The position numbers were made by a program, and so were the translations under genes. Under the pieces are notes generated by a model. It made no database searches. It had not been told where the DNA came from and was given only the letters and a program-made list of their open reading frames with translations. A stretch of DNA of 64,000 nucleotides from a bacterium (GTDB taxonomy: Bacteria; UBA8248). Within the stretch, counting starts at the first letter, position 1, and every line of letters begins with the position of its first letter. The stretch covers positions 2,336,001 through 2,400,000 of the forward strand of contig OZ244799.1 in NCBI GenBank assembly GCA_965219955.1, written 5' to 3'. This document shows, piece after piece, positions 1-9,511 of the stretch.

Positions 1-966
1 CTGCTGGTGGACGTGTTCATGGAGTCTTACGCCGAACCGCCCGAAGAGATATGGCTGGACCTCGACGCCACGGACGACCCCCTGCACGGTCGCCAGGAGG
101 GGCGCTTCTTCCACGGCTATTACGGCCGCTACTGTTATCTGCCGCTCTACGTCTTCTGCGGCGCGCATCTGCTGTGCGCGCGGCTGCGCCGCTCGAACGT
201 CGACGCCTCGGCCGGCAGCGAGGAGGAGTTGGCGCGGATCGTGGCGCAGGTCCGCAGGCGCTGGCCGCGTACGCGGGTCGTGGTTCGCGGCGACTCGGGT
301 TTTTGCCGCGAGCCGTTGATGCGCTGGTGCGAGGAGAACGGCGTCGGCTACGTGTTCGGCATGGCGCGCAACGCGCGGCTGGTGCGGGCGATTGGCCGGG
401 ACCTCTACCGGGCCGAGGTCGTCTGTCGCCGCACGGGTGAGCCGGCGCGCCGGTATCGCGACTTCCGCTATCGAACGCGCAAGAGCTGGTCCAGAACCCG
501 CCGGGTGGTGGGCAAGGCGCAATACCTGCCCAGGGGGGCGAACCCGCGGTTCGTGGTCACCAATCTCCGCCCCCGGCGGGCCGGCGCCAGACGCCTCTAC
601 GAAGAACTCTACTGCGCCCGGGGAGAGATGGAGAACCGCATCAAGGAACAGCAACTCGGCCTGTTCGCCGACCGCACCAGCAGCGCCACCATGAGGGCCA
701 ATCAGTTGCGGCTCTACTTCGCCTCCTTCGCCTACGTCCTGATGCACGGACTCCGGCGCCTGGGGCTGGCGGGCACGACATGCGCCAGGGCCCAGTGCGC
801 AACGATCCGGCTGAAACTGCTCAAGATCGGCGCCCGCGTGAGGGTCAGCGTGCGCAAGGTCCGGCTGTCTATCTCCGAGGCCTGGCCCCATGCGGCGCTC
901 TTCGAAAAGGTAGTGAACAACCTGCGTACGCACCCGCCCTGGCCGACGGCGGGGGAGAGTGACTGA
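1..966 (+). CDS. IS1380-family DDE transposase (5'-partial)
   Basis: LDLDATDDPLHGRQEG, VRGDSGF and YCARGEMENRIKEQQ motifs; identical to the C-terminal 319 aa of the 26790-28220 protein. Confidence 0.95.
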   Translation: MLVDVFMESYAEPPEEIWLDLDATDDPLHGRQEGRFFHGYYGRYCYLPLYVFCGAHLLCARLRRSNVDASAGSEEELARIVAQVRRRWPRTRVVVRGDSGFCREPLMRWCEENGVGYVFGMARNARLVRAIGRDLYRAEVVCRRTGEPARRYRDFRYRTRKSWSRTRRVVGKAQYLPRGANPRFVVTNLRPRRAGARRLYEELYCARGEMENRIKEQQLGLFADRTSSATMRANQLRLYFASFAYVLMHGLRRLGLAGTTCARAQCATIRLKLLKIGARVRVSVRKVRLSISEAWPHAALFEKVVNNLRTHPPWPTAGESD

Positions 967-1176
967 GCGTAGAATCGGAGCGACATAGGTTGCCGCAGCG
1001 GGAAACCTGCGCCTGCGCGTCGGCCGGCACTCCCCGAAAGCCTTCGAAATCGACGAAAAAGCGCCGCTCGGGCGCCGTGCGTCATCGTATCGCGCCGACG
1101 AAGAAGGCCGCCTCCCGAATCAAGCCGTCCACGACTTCAAATCAGGCCGTTCCAAAGCCTCGGTGAAATATCCGGG
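1..1176 (+). mobile_element. IS1380-family insertion sequence, copy 1 (5' part lies outside the window)
   Basis: Transposase ORF followed by terminal IR TCGGTGAAATATCCGGG ending at 1176, then TTAA. Colinear without net indels with the reverse complement of 26580-27755. Confidence 0.93.
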
Positions 1177-1234
1177 TTAAACACGAGCGCGGGGGAAGGG
1201 GTTTTTCAACAACCCCGCATCAATCGCAATTGAC

Positions 1235-1263
1235 TTGCCAGAAAACCGCGTTTCTCCTAAAAT
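1235..1263 (+). promoter_or_regulatory. Putative sigma70 promoter
   Basis: TTGCCA-17 bp-TAAAAT upstream of the ATG at 1321. Confidence 0.45.
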
Positions 1264-1320
1264 TCCGCGTCGTTGTCATCAAATTCATACGCCATCTTTC
1301 GTAAGGATACGCCCGAACCC

Positions 1321-2040
1321 ATGTCCACCATCATCGGCGTCGTTCATGCGACGCGCGTCGCGGTATCGCCCATCGAAGCCGCGTTCGAAAGCCATTGGCC
1401 CGAAGCCGAGGTCGTCCAGCTCATCGACGAATCCCTCTCCCGCGATCTGGAAGCTATCGGCCGTCTCACGCCCGAGATCAACGAGCGCGTGGAGCGGCTG
1501 GCGGCGTTCGCGCACAGAGGGGGCGCTCAGGCGATTCTCTACTCCTGCTCGGCCTTCGGCCCGGCGATTGAGGCAGCAGGGGCGGGGCTCCCGGTTCCCG
1601 TCCTGAAACCCGACCAGGCGATGCTCGATGAAGCGCTGGCGCATGGAGGCCGCATCCGCGTTCTCTCGACGTTCAGACCCTCGGGCCCCTCGATAAGGCG
1701 TGAACTCGAATTGCTGGCGGCGCAGAAAAACGTCGGTGTCGAAATCGATGATTCCTACGTACCGGGCGCACTCGACGCACTCCAGGCGGGTGACGGAGGA
1801 GCGCACGACGCGCTCATCGCGGAAACCGCCGCCGGCTCAAGAGCCGACGTCGTCCTCCTCGCCCAGTTCTCCATGGCGCGGGCGCGGAATGAGGTCTCCC
1901 GCCGCGTGGATGCGAGGGTGCTCAGCAGCCCCGTGAGCGCCGTCCTCGCGCTCAAGCGGATGATGCGCACACCCGCGAACGGGCACGCTCCGGCGACGAA
2001 CGGGACGGCGGCCACTTCCACGCAACATCTATCCGCGTAG
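1321..2040 (+). CDS. Asp/Glu/hydantoin racemase family protein
   Basis: IGVVHAT, YSCSAFG, VPVLKPD and LAQFSM motifs; ATG at 1321 preferred over the upstream TTG at 1273. Confidence 0.8.
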   Translation: MSTIIGVVHATRVAVSPIEAAFESHWPEAEVVQLIDESLSRDLEAIGRLTPEINERVERLAAFAHRGGAQAILYSCSAFGPAIEAAGAGLPVPVLKPDQAMLDEALAHGGRIRVLSTFRPSGPSIRRELELLAAQKNVGVEIDDSYVPGALDALQAGDGGAHDALIAETAAGSRADVVLLAQFSMARARNEVSRRVDARVLSSPVSAVLALKRMMRTPANGHAPATNGTAATSTQHLSA

Positions 2041-2123
2041 TTTCACGACCTTATCCTGGATGGTCTTCCCCCGCAGGGGCCGTTCGCGAACGCCCCCTAC
2101 GCCGCCTCGACCCGTAGATCGTC

Positions 2124-2285
2124 GTCATTCCGGCATCATTCCCGACTGAGAAAGGAGGGATTGACCGGAATCCATTTGCGGATGTGGGTGAATACACAAC
2201 GGTGTTTCATTCCCCACCGATGCGCGGGGACCCGGACGAGAGGCGAAAGGCGTAAAAAATGGATTCCGGCTTTCGCCGGAATGAC
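2124..2285. repeat. Family B palindromic repeat (GTCATTCCGGC..CCGGAATCCA / TGGATTCCGG..GCCGGAATGAC)
   Basis: Paired inverted hairpins; related copies at 9056-9209, about 22043-22122, 30783-30999 and 31692-31836. Confidence 0.85.
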
Positions 2286-2448
2286 GGTGAACACTCTCGA
2301 TTGGGGGGGAGTCTACAACCCCTTCCAGGCGGACACATCGGCCCGCCCCTGCGAAGACGCTATCCCTCCCCGCTCAAAACCGCTCCCGCCTTGCCCCTCG
2401 CCATCCACCGGTGGATAATGGCGTTTTCTCTTGCCCTGAGTTAACCAC

Positions 2449-3333
2449 TTGCTCGACTCCCTTCATCCCAACCTGATGGCGCTTCTCTCGGCGTTTTTCA
2501 TCTCCGTCGCCAGGACGCTCTACCGGGGCGCGCTCATGAGCCTGAGCCCGCTCGTGACCACGGTGATCGCGACCATCATCACCACCCTCTTCGCCCTCGG
2601 CCTCTACGCGACGGGCGAGGGACTCGACCACTGGCCGCTCTACGGGATCCTGTGGTTCGTTCTCGTGGGCACGGTCGGCGGGCTGGGCGGGCGCTACATG
2701 GGGATGATATCCATCAAGCTGGTGGGGCTGGCCCGCACGCCCATCCTGACGCAGACAGGCCTCGTCTGGTCCTCGGGGCTGGCCGTGCTCCTTCTGGGCG
2801 AGAGGCTCACCCCCCTCGTGACGCTGGGAACGCTGGGCATCATGGCCGGCGGCGTCCTGCTCCTCTACGACAAGAAAGCCGCCCAGAGGCGCATCCCGCT
2901 CACCTACTACCTCATCCCGGTGGCAGGCGCTGCGTTCGCGAGCGTCTCCCACATCGTGCGCAAATACGGCTTCGTCCACATCCCCTCGGTCACGCTGGGG
3001 ATGGGCGTCTCGAACATGACGACGCTCACGCTATTGCTCGCGAGCGCCTTCTTCTTCCCGGCGCTCCAGATGAAAAGCAGTCCCTTTACCCGCCATTCGC
3101 TCCTCATCACCGCCCTGGGTGCTACGTGCAACTTCCTCGCCGCGTTCTTCTTCTGGTGGGCGATCAAGGACGGCGAGGTCATCCAGGTGGTTCCCATCAA
3201 CCGGCTCTCGATCCTGATCGTCATCCTCTTCTCCTGGCTTTTTTTCAGGAAACAGGAGCGCGTGAGCGCGCAGGTCATCATCGGCGGGGCGTGCTCGGTG
3301 CTGGGCGCATGGGCCGTCGTGTGGGGGAAGTGA
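2449..3333 (+). CDS. DMT/EamA family transporter
   Basis: About 10 hydrophobic segments in two repeats; LLLGERLT and V.PINRLS...FF.KQE motifs. Confidence 0.85.
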   Translation: MLDSLHPNLMALLSAFFISVARTLYRGALMSLSPLVTTVIATIITTLFALGLYATGEGLDHWPLYGILWFVLVGTVGGLGGRYMGMISIKLVGLARTPILTQTGLVWSSGLAVLLLGERLTPLVTLGTLGIMAGGVLLLYDKKAAQRRIPLTYYLIPVAGAAFASVSHIVRKYGFVHIPSVTLGMGVSNMTTLTLLLASAFFFPALQMKSSPFTRHSLLITALGATCNFLAAFFFWWAIKDGEVIQVVPINRLSILIVILFSWLFFRKQERVSAQVIIGGACSVLGAWAVVWGK

Positions 3334-3374
3334 TGTCTGGGGCGGGCGATGCGCTTACGCGCTGCTTTATCTTC

Positions 3375-4391
3375 TTAAGGAGTTTCCACGCGCGCCCATC
3401 CCCCCGCTTTAGATGACTCCAGCATGGCCGAGAGCAGCGCGACGAGGGCGGCTCCTTCGCGCCCGTCGGTGAACGGGGGCGCATCGCCGCGGACGCTCTG
3501 CGCGAAAGACGCCATGTGGCGGGCGATCATGTCGGTTTGCTCGACCGCGAGGATCTCCGGCTCCGCTTCGTCCCGCCTGTGGATGACGAGGCCGGGCGCT
3601 GCGGGCGTCCCGCCCCCCGGGTCCGCGTTCACGTAGAGGTTCGCCTCGGTTCCGAACAGGGATAGCTGGTAGCGGCGCTGCGTGATGAAGCTCGAACTCA
3701 CCTGGGCGGTTACGCCTGAGGCGAACCGGAGCGCGCCCGAGGCGGTGTCCGGTATCCGCCCCGACGCCATCTTCCGCTCCAGCACGGCGAAGGCTTCTTC
3801 CACCGGCCCCAGGAGGTACTTCAGGATGTCCAGGAGGTGAAAACCCGGCCCCGTGAACGGCCCGAGTGGCGATTCTGCGGGGTCGTCGCGCCAGATTTCC
3901 CTTCCGTAGTTGCGGGCGCGCGGGTTGCCGAAATGCCCCGCCGCCTGCGTCACCTCGCCGAGCGCGCCCTCGTCCAGCAGCGCCTTCGCCTGCTGGACCG
4001 ACGCCACCCAGCGCCAGCAATGCCCGACCATCAAGACGACGCCCGCACGCTCGCAGGCCTCCACGCAGGCGCGCGCGTCACTTAATGTGACGGAGATCGG
4101 CTTCTCCACGAACACGTGCTTCCCGGCCCGGGCCGCCGCGCAGACCTGCTCCTGATGCGCGCTGTGGGGCGTGGTGAGGAGGACGGCGTCGATATCCGGG
4201 TCTTCAAGTACGGCCGCATAGTCGGGACAGGGCCTGCAATCGTATTTTCGCGCGAACGCTTCTTTCCGCTCGTCCGACCTCGTATGGCAGGCGGTGATCT
4301 CGAGTCCCGTGGTTTTCCGGACTCCCTCCGCCAGCACCCCGGCCCAGCGGCCCAGTCCGACACAAGCCAGTCGAATGCTTTCTCCGCTCAT
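3375..4391 (-). CDS. Gfo/Idh/MocA family oxidoreductase
   Basis: VGLGRW, DAVLLTTPHSAH and GKHVFVEKP motifs; start taken at MSGESIRLA (4391). Confidence 0.9.
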   Translation of the reverse strand: MSGESIRLACVGLGRWAGVLAEGVRKTTGLEITACHTRSDERKEAFARKYDCRPCPDYAAVLEDPDIDAVLLTTPHSAHQEQVCAAARAGKHVFVEKPISVTLSDARACVEACERAGVVLMVGHCWRWVASVQQAKALLDEGALGEVTQAAGHFGNPRARNYGREIWRDDPAESPLGPFTGPGFHLLDILKYLLGPVEEAFAVLERKMASGRIPDTASGALRFASGVTAQVSSSFITQRRYQLSLFGTEANLYVNADPGGGTPAAPGLVIHRRDEAEPEILAVEQTDMIARHMASFAQSVRGDAPPFTDGREGAALVALLSAMLESSKAGGWARVETP

Positions 4392-4502
4392 GGCGCTCAA
4401 TATACCACCCCGGCCCCGAAACGATAAAATTCCCCCCTGTGACTGCCCTTCTCGCGGCGGATGAATTAGGATGGGGCTTTCACACTCCCGGGAGGTGCGG
4501 CG

Positions 4503-5240
4503 TTGTCGCCAGACCCTATTCAAGGAAAAACCTGCATCGTCACCGGCGCGAGCCGGGGCATCGGGCGCGGATGCGCGCTGGCATTGGGGAGCGCGGGCTG
4601 CCGCGTGGCGGTGAACTACCGAGAGCGCGCGGAGGAAGCGGAGGAGACCCGCCGCGAGATAGAAGAGGCGGGCGGGGAGGCTTTCATCTTCCGAGCGGAC
4701 GTATCGGACTCTAGCGATGTACACCGCCTGGTGGAGGAAACGAGAGAGCGATTCGGCCCCGTCTCGATTCTCGTGAACAACGCGGGTATCGCCATCCAGA
4801 AGCCCTTTGACGAACTCACCGAGGCCGATTGGGACGCCACGATCGACGTGAATCTCAAATCCGCGTTCCTGCTCACCCGGGCCGTGCTGCCCGACATGCG
4901 AGAGGCGCGGTGGGGGAGAATCGTGAACGTCTCATCGAACGCCGCCTTCACGGGCGGGCGCGTCGGGCCGCACTACGCGGCTTCGAAGGCGGGCATGCAC
5001 GGCCTCACCCACGGCTATGCCGCCGCCCTCGTGAAAGAAGGCGTCACGGTGAACAGCGTGGCGCCCGCCCTCATCGACACCGACATGACGACGCAGGACC
5101 TGCGCACCTCCACGCCGAACACGCCGATGGAGCGGTTCGGCACGGTGGAGGAGACGGTCGACGCCGTCATGATGATGATCCGGAACGCCTTCGTCACGGG
5201 CCAGACCCTCCTGGTGAACGGCGGCAATTACTTCCACTAA
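4503..5240 (+). CDS. SDR family (FabG-like) oxidoreductase
   Basis: TGASRGIG, NNAG and YAASK motifs. Confidence 0.92.
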   Translation: MSPDPIQGKTCIVTGASRGIGRGCALALGSAGCRVAVNYRERAEEAEETRREIEEAGGEAFIFRADVSDSSDVHRLVEETRERFGPVSILVNNAGIAIQKPFDELTEADWDATIDVNLKSAFLLTRAVLPDMREARWGRIVNVSSNAAFTGGRVGPHYAASKAGMHGLTHGYAAALVKEGVTVNSVAPALIDTDMTTQDLRTSTPNTPMERFGTVEETVDAVMMMIRNAFVTGQTLLVNGGNYFH

Positions 5241-5277
5241 TCCATATCATTTCCACCAACACCCAGAGGCGAGACAG

Positions 5278-6969
5278 ATGAGAAACGCAAACGGCGCAGG
5301 CTTGCTGCTCGAAACCCTGCTCGACGAAGGAGTGACGCACCTGTTCGGAAACCCGGGCACGACGGAGCTTCCCCTCATGGACGCGCTCGTGAACGAGGAG
5401 CGGCTCGAGTTCATCCTCACGCTGCACGAGGGCGTGGCGATCTCCGCAGCAGAGGGATACGGCCTGAGCACCGGGAGGCCCGCCGCCATCAACCTCCACG
5501 TCGCCCCCGGCCTCGGCAACGCGATGGGGCTTCTCTACAACGCCAAGCGCTCGCGCGCGCCCATGCTCGTCACCGCCGGGAACCAGCCCCAGAGCGGGCA
5601 TTTTCAGGAAATCATCCTCTATGACGATCTCGCGCGCATGGCGGAGCCGCTCGTGAAGTGGTCGTATGAGGTGCGCCGCGTCGAGGATTTGGAGCAAGCC
5701 GTGCGGCGCGCCGTCAAGGTGTCCATGACGCCGCCGACGGGTCCCGTGTTCCTCTCCCTGCCGGGTGACGTCATGCTGGCCACAGCCTCCGGCCTCCAGG
5801 AAAAACCCACGCGCATCCATACGCGCTTCGCCGCATCGGCGGAATCGGTCGAGGCGGCGGCCGCGCTCATCGCGAAAGCGGAGCGGCCCTGCATCGTCGC
5901 AGGTTCCGGCGCCGCGCACTCGGGCGCGCTGGACGAGGCGGCGCGCTTCGCCGAGCAGATCGGCGCAACGGCGTATGAGGAGAACTTCGCCAACGTGATC
6001 ACATATCCCATGGCCCACCCGCTCTACGCCGGGAAACTCCCCATTCTCGCCAAGCCCCTGAGGGAGCGCCTCGCGGAGCACGACCTGGTGTTCCTCGTCG
6101 GCACGGAGGTATTCCTGTTCTCATACCCCGCCGACGTGCGCCCGCTGCCCGAGAGCTGCCGGGTCGTTCACCTGGATCTCAACGCATGGGAGATGGGCAA
6201 GAACTTCGGCCTGGACGCCGCACTCTACGGCGACCCGAAAACCACCCTCCCCGTCCTGACGGAAGCCGTGGCGAGGGCGCAGACGGCGGATGAGGCGGCA
6301 GGGGCGAAAGCGCGCGCGGAGCGGATCGCGGCGGAAAACCAGAGCGCGCGCGAGGCCACCCCGCCCCCGGCAGCGCAAAGCGATTATACCGAAGGCATGT
6401 CCCTTCCCGCCTTTCACCGCGCTCTCGGCGCGGGCGCGCCCGATGGCGCCGTCTGGGTGGACGAGGCGCTCACCTCCGCAGGCCCCGGCTTCCGCCGAGC
6501 GGTGGGGCGCAACGCCTCCCAGATTTTCGGCAGAAAAGGCGGCGGCATCGGGAACGGCCTGCCCATGGCGCTGGGGGCGAAGATAGCGACGCCCGACCGC
6601 CCCGTCATCTGCCTCTCGGGCGACGGCTCGGCCATGTACTCCAACCAGACGCTGTGGACGGCGGCAAAATACGGCATCGGCGCCGTCTTCGTCATCGCGA
6701 ACAACGGGGCTTATCACATCCTGAAAGGGCGCGTGCTGGCGCTGGACGGCAAGGCGAAGGAGTTTCACCGCTTCGTCGGCATGGACCTGACGGAACCAAG
6801 CCTCGACTTCATCAAGCTGGCGGAGTCGATGGGGGTGGAGGCCGCGCGCGTCCATGCGCCGGATGAGTTGGAAGCGTGTCTTGCAGAAGCCGCAAGTGGC
6901 GACAAACCCTATCTCATCGACGCGGTCGTCAAGCCCAACCCTCTGGGCGGCGCGCCCCAGGAGCTTTGA
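5278..6969 (+). CDS. Thiamine pyrophosphate-dependent enzyme, benzoylformate decarboxylase-like
   Basis: FGNPGTTE, NLHVAPGLGN and the GDGS...NN TPP-binding motif. Confidence 0.88.
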   Translation: MRNANGAGLLLETLLDEGVTHLFGNPGTTELPLMDALVNEERLEFILTLHEGVAISAAEGYGLSTGRPAAINLHVAPGLGNAMGLLYNAKRSRAPMLVTAGNQPQSGHFQEIILYDDLARMAEPLVKWSYEVRRVEDLEQAVRRAVKVSMTPPTGPVFLSLPGDVMLATASGLQEKPTRIHTRFAASAESVEAAAALIAKAERPCIVAGSGAAHSGALDEAARFAEQIGATAYEENFANVITYPMAHPLYAGKLPILAKPLRERLAEHDLVFLVGTEVFLFSYPADVRPLPESCRVVHLDLNAWEMGKNFGLDAALYGDPKTTLPVLTEAVARAQTADEAAGAKARAERIAAENQSAREATPPPAAQSDYTEGMSLPAFHRALGAGAPDGAVWVDEALTSAGPGFRRAVGRNASQIFGRKGGGIGNGLPMALGAKIATPDRPVICLSGDGSAMYSNQTLWTAAKYGIGAVFVIANNGAYHILKGRVLALDGKAKEFHRFVGMDLTEPSLDFIKLAESMGVEAARVHAPDELEACLAEAASGDKPYLIDAVVKPNPLGGAPQEL

Positions 6970-6982
6970 GGGGAAAAGACCC

Positions 6983-7759
6983 TCAGGCCGGTTTTTGGCC
7001 CAGGATGGTCAGACGTTTTCTGATGATGGAGAATTCCGCGCCGTAGCCTTTTTCCTCATACCAGCTTCCGCCCTGATCGCGCAGGCGCTCGAAGGCGGCC
7101 CTCAGTTTCGGGAACACATCGGGCGAGGTCTTGGCGAGGTCCATCCAATCATCGAAGGGCGTGTCCGTCCTGTCGACAACGGTCTCCTCGACCCGGATTC
7201 CCTCCGCGTGAAACAAGCCTTCCATCTCCTTTCCGGACAGATGTCGCGTGATGGTCGGCTCGCGCACCCGGTCGAGTTCTTCTATCTTCCCGCGCTCTTC
7301 TTCCTCGTCCGGATAATGGTAGTCGATCAGGAAGACGTGGCCGCCCGGACGCACCGCGCGCGCCATCTCACTGAAAACTGTATTCGGGTCTTCCAGATGA
7401 TGAAACGTATGGCGGCAGATGGCGGCGTCGGCGGCTCCCGCCGCCAGGGGCGCTTCGTGCGCGTTCGCCATAACGTAGCGGGCGTTCGCTTCCAGACCCC
7501 ACTCGCGCAGGCGCTCGCGCCCTCTCCTGGTCATCGCGGGGGTGAGATCGAGACCCACGACATTCCCGCCCGCCGCCAGAAAAGGTTTTGCGGATGTGCC
7601 CGTGCCCATCCCGAAATCGACCAGCCAGGAACCTTCGCCAAAACCGACCCGCTCGGCCATCGCGCCCAGGCGCGCCTGTTCCGCGTCGCTGTAATAGCCG
7701 CCGTAGGTCTCCGCCATCCGCGTGAAGGTGTCGATGTTCCGCTGTTTCGCCGTATCCAT
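6983..7759 (-). CDS. Class I SAM-dependent methyltransferase
   Basis: VDFGMGTG, VGLDLT, FHHL and EMARAVRPGG motifs. Confidence 0.88.
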   Translation of the reverse strand: MDTAKQRNIDTFTRMAETYGGYYSDAEQARLGAMAERVGFGEGSWLVDFGMGTGTSAKPFLAAGGNVVGLDLTPAMTRRGRERLREWGLEANARYVMANAHEAPLAAGAADAAICRHTFHHLEDPNTVFSEMARAVRPGGHVFLIDYHYPDEEEERGKIEELDRVREPTITRHLSGKEMEGLFHAEGIRVEETVVDRTDTPFDDWMDLAKTSPDVFPKLRAAFERLRDQGGSWYEEKGYGAEFSIIRKRLTILGQKPA

Positions 7760-7927
7760 CCAAAAGCCCCCTTATGGGAGTTCGCCTTGTCCTGCCTTGA
7801 GGGTATTCGCGCATCATACACCGAAACCGGGAAAAGCACGCTCTCCGCTCTCACTCGTTTTACAAAAGGCGCGGGCTGCCGTTAGAATGATTGAAAATCA
7901 ACCTCTCAAACACAAGGAGAGCGAACG

Positions 7928-8431
7928 ATGGGTGAAATTCTCGACAAATTCGCAACCGAATGCCACGACATCCTGAAAGCCGATTCGAGCAAGGCGGGCC
8001 TCCAGAAGGTAAGCGACGCCCTGGAGAAAGTGCTGGTGCAAGAGGAGTTCGTTCAGGAGCACCTCGGGCCCGACAACGACTCCCCCCGCAAGATCCTCTA
8101 CAAGGACCCCGAACTCGGCTTTTGCATCTTCGCCCACGTGCACAAGGGCGTGACCGGCAGTTCCCCGCACGATCACGGGGAATCCTGGGCCATCTACGGC
8201 CAGGCGGTGGGCACCACCACGATGACGGACTACGAGCTCGTCGAGCGGCCCAACGGCGCAGCGCCCGGCAAGGTGCGCGCCGTGCGCAGCTACGACCTCA
8301 CGCCGGGCCTCTCCAAGGCCTACGACGTGGGGGAATTCCACTCGCCCAAGCGCGAGGGGGAGACGCGCCTCGTGCGCATCGAAGGCATCGATCTCGACAC
8401 CATCACGCGCGACAAGTACGAGGCGGTCTAA
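7928..8431 (+). CDS. Cupin / cysteine dioxygenase-like metalloprotein
   Basis: SPHDHGESWAIYGQ plus a downstream FHSP give a 3-His set; AAGGAG RBS upstream. Confidence 0.7.
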   Translation: MGEILDKFATECHDILKADSSKAGLQKVSDALEKVLVQEEFVQEHLGPDNDSPRKILYKDPELGFCIFAHVHKGVTGSSPHDHGESWAIYGQAVGTTTMTDYELVERPNGAAPGKVRAVRSYDLTPGLSKAYDVGEFHSPKREGETRLVRIEGIDLDTITRDKYEAV

Positions 8432-8488
8432 TCACGCCTCGACAGCGGCGAAGTGATTCGTCGAGTTGAAAAGGTTTTGTTCTTACGT

Positions 8489-8690
8489 GTCGCAGGTGGG
8501 CTTTCTCAGTGAAAGCCCGGGAAGCCGGTGAGAATCCGGCGCGGACCCGCCACTGTGACCGGGGACGAAAGCGGCTGAAACCACTGGCGCACCCCGCCGG
8601 GAAGGGGCCGTGAGTAGGATGATCCGGAAGCCAGGAGACCGACCTGCGGCAACCTTATGACCCGTCACGTCCTCGCGGAACGGGAGGTGG
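8489..8690 (+). promoter_or_regulatory. Cobalamin riboswitch 1 (aptamer 8489-8650 plus P13-like hairpin containing an SD)
   Basis: GGGAAGCCGGTGAGAATCCGGC, CCCGCCACTGT, CCACTGG..GGGAAGG and B12 box AGCCAGGAGACC; P1 is GTCGCAGGT/ACCTGCGGC; CCTC-GCGGAACGG-GAGG hairpin follows. Confidence 0.9.
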
Positions 8691-8788
8691 GTGGTATCTT
8701 GCGCATCTTCACACCCCGAATCGAAAACATCACCGTACGCGCGTGGGTTGCGCACGCGCGACGCTAGAGTTTCGCCATTAGCCGGGAT

Positions 8789-9263
8789 TGTTGAAAAAGG
8801 CCCGATTCAGGAGCGGGCGGTATTGGGGGGTTATGCGGCGGTCATCCTTCCTACCGCGCAAGCGGCCACAAAACCTCATCCTGAGTAGGCGCGCAAGCGC
8901 CGTATCGAAGGATGAGAGGCGGCTCCCGGCGTGCGAGAGGGCATCCTTCGATACGGCGCTTGCGCGCCTACTCAGGATGAGGAAGGTGTGGGCCGAGCTT
9001 GTCCCGAGCGGAGTCGAGGGGCGGTTACTCAGGATGAGGTGGTGCGGTTTGGTTCGTCATTCCGGCGAAAGCCGGAATCCATTTGCGGATGCGGGTGAAC
9101 ATAGGCGGCGTTTCACTCCCCGCCGATGCGCAGGTATCCGGACAAAAGGCATCAAAATGGATTCCGGGCAATCCCTCCCTCCTCGGTCGGCATTGATTGC
9201 CGGAATGACGGTGAACACTCTTGATTCGGGGGCAACAACCCCGTTTGGGAGGCCTTTTCAACA
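8789..9263. mobile_element. MITE-like element with TGTTGAAAA / TTTTCAACA ends, containing nested family C and family B repeats
   Basis: Terminal inverted repeats; the same ends recur near 1201, 11918, 29032-29233, 29373-29560, 30608-31036 and 31221-31494. Confidence 0.65.
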
Positions 9264-9298
9264 GCATAAGCGCGGTGGATCCATCCGCCGCTGAAACA

Positions 9299-9443
9299 GC
9301 CGGCAGGTGTACGGGAATCCGGTGCGAAACCGGAGCTGCCCGGCAGCTGTGAGCGACGCGCCTTTCATACGATCCACTGGGACAAAGCCCGGGAAGGAAT
9401 GAAAGGCGGCCATCGGCGCGAGCCAGAAGACCGGCCTGTCGGC
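9299..9443 (+). promoter_or_regulatory. Cobalamin riboswitch 2 (lacks the P2 hairpin), directly upstream of btuB
   Basis: GGGAATCCGGTGCGAAACCGGA, CCCGGCAGCTGT, CCACTGG..GGGAAGG and AGCCAGAAGACC; P1 is GCCGGCAGGT/GCCTGTCGGC. Confidence 0.88.
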
Positions 9444-9511
9444 ATCATCTCCACACGACCCCGCCAGGGGTCCGTTCCGAGCGCTAGGGCCGCTCAAGGA
9501 GGCGCACCATC

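Noticed and set aside
8657-8767. 36-codon leader peptide after riboswitch 1
   Set aside because: No RBS before the ATG and no recognisable sequence features; cannot be supported.
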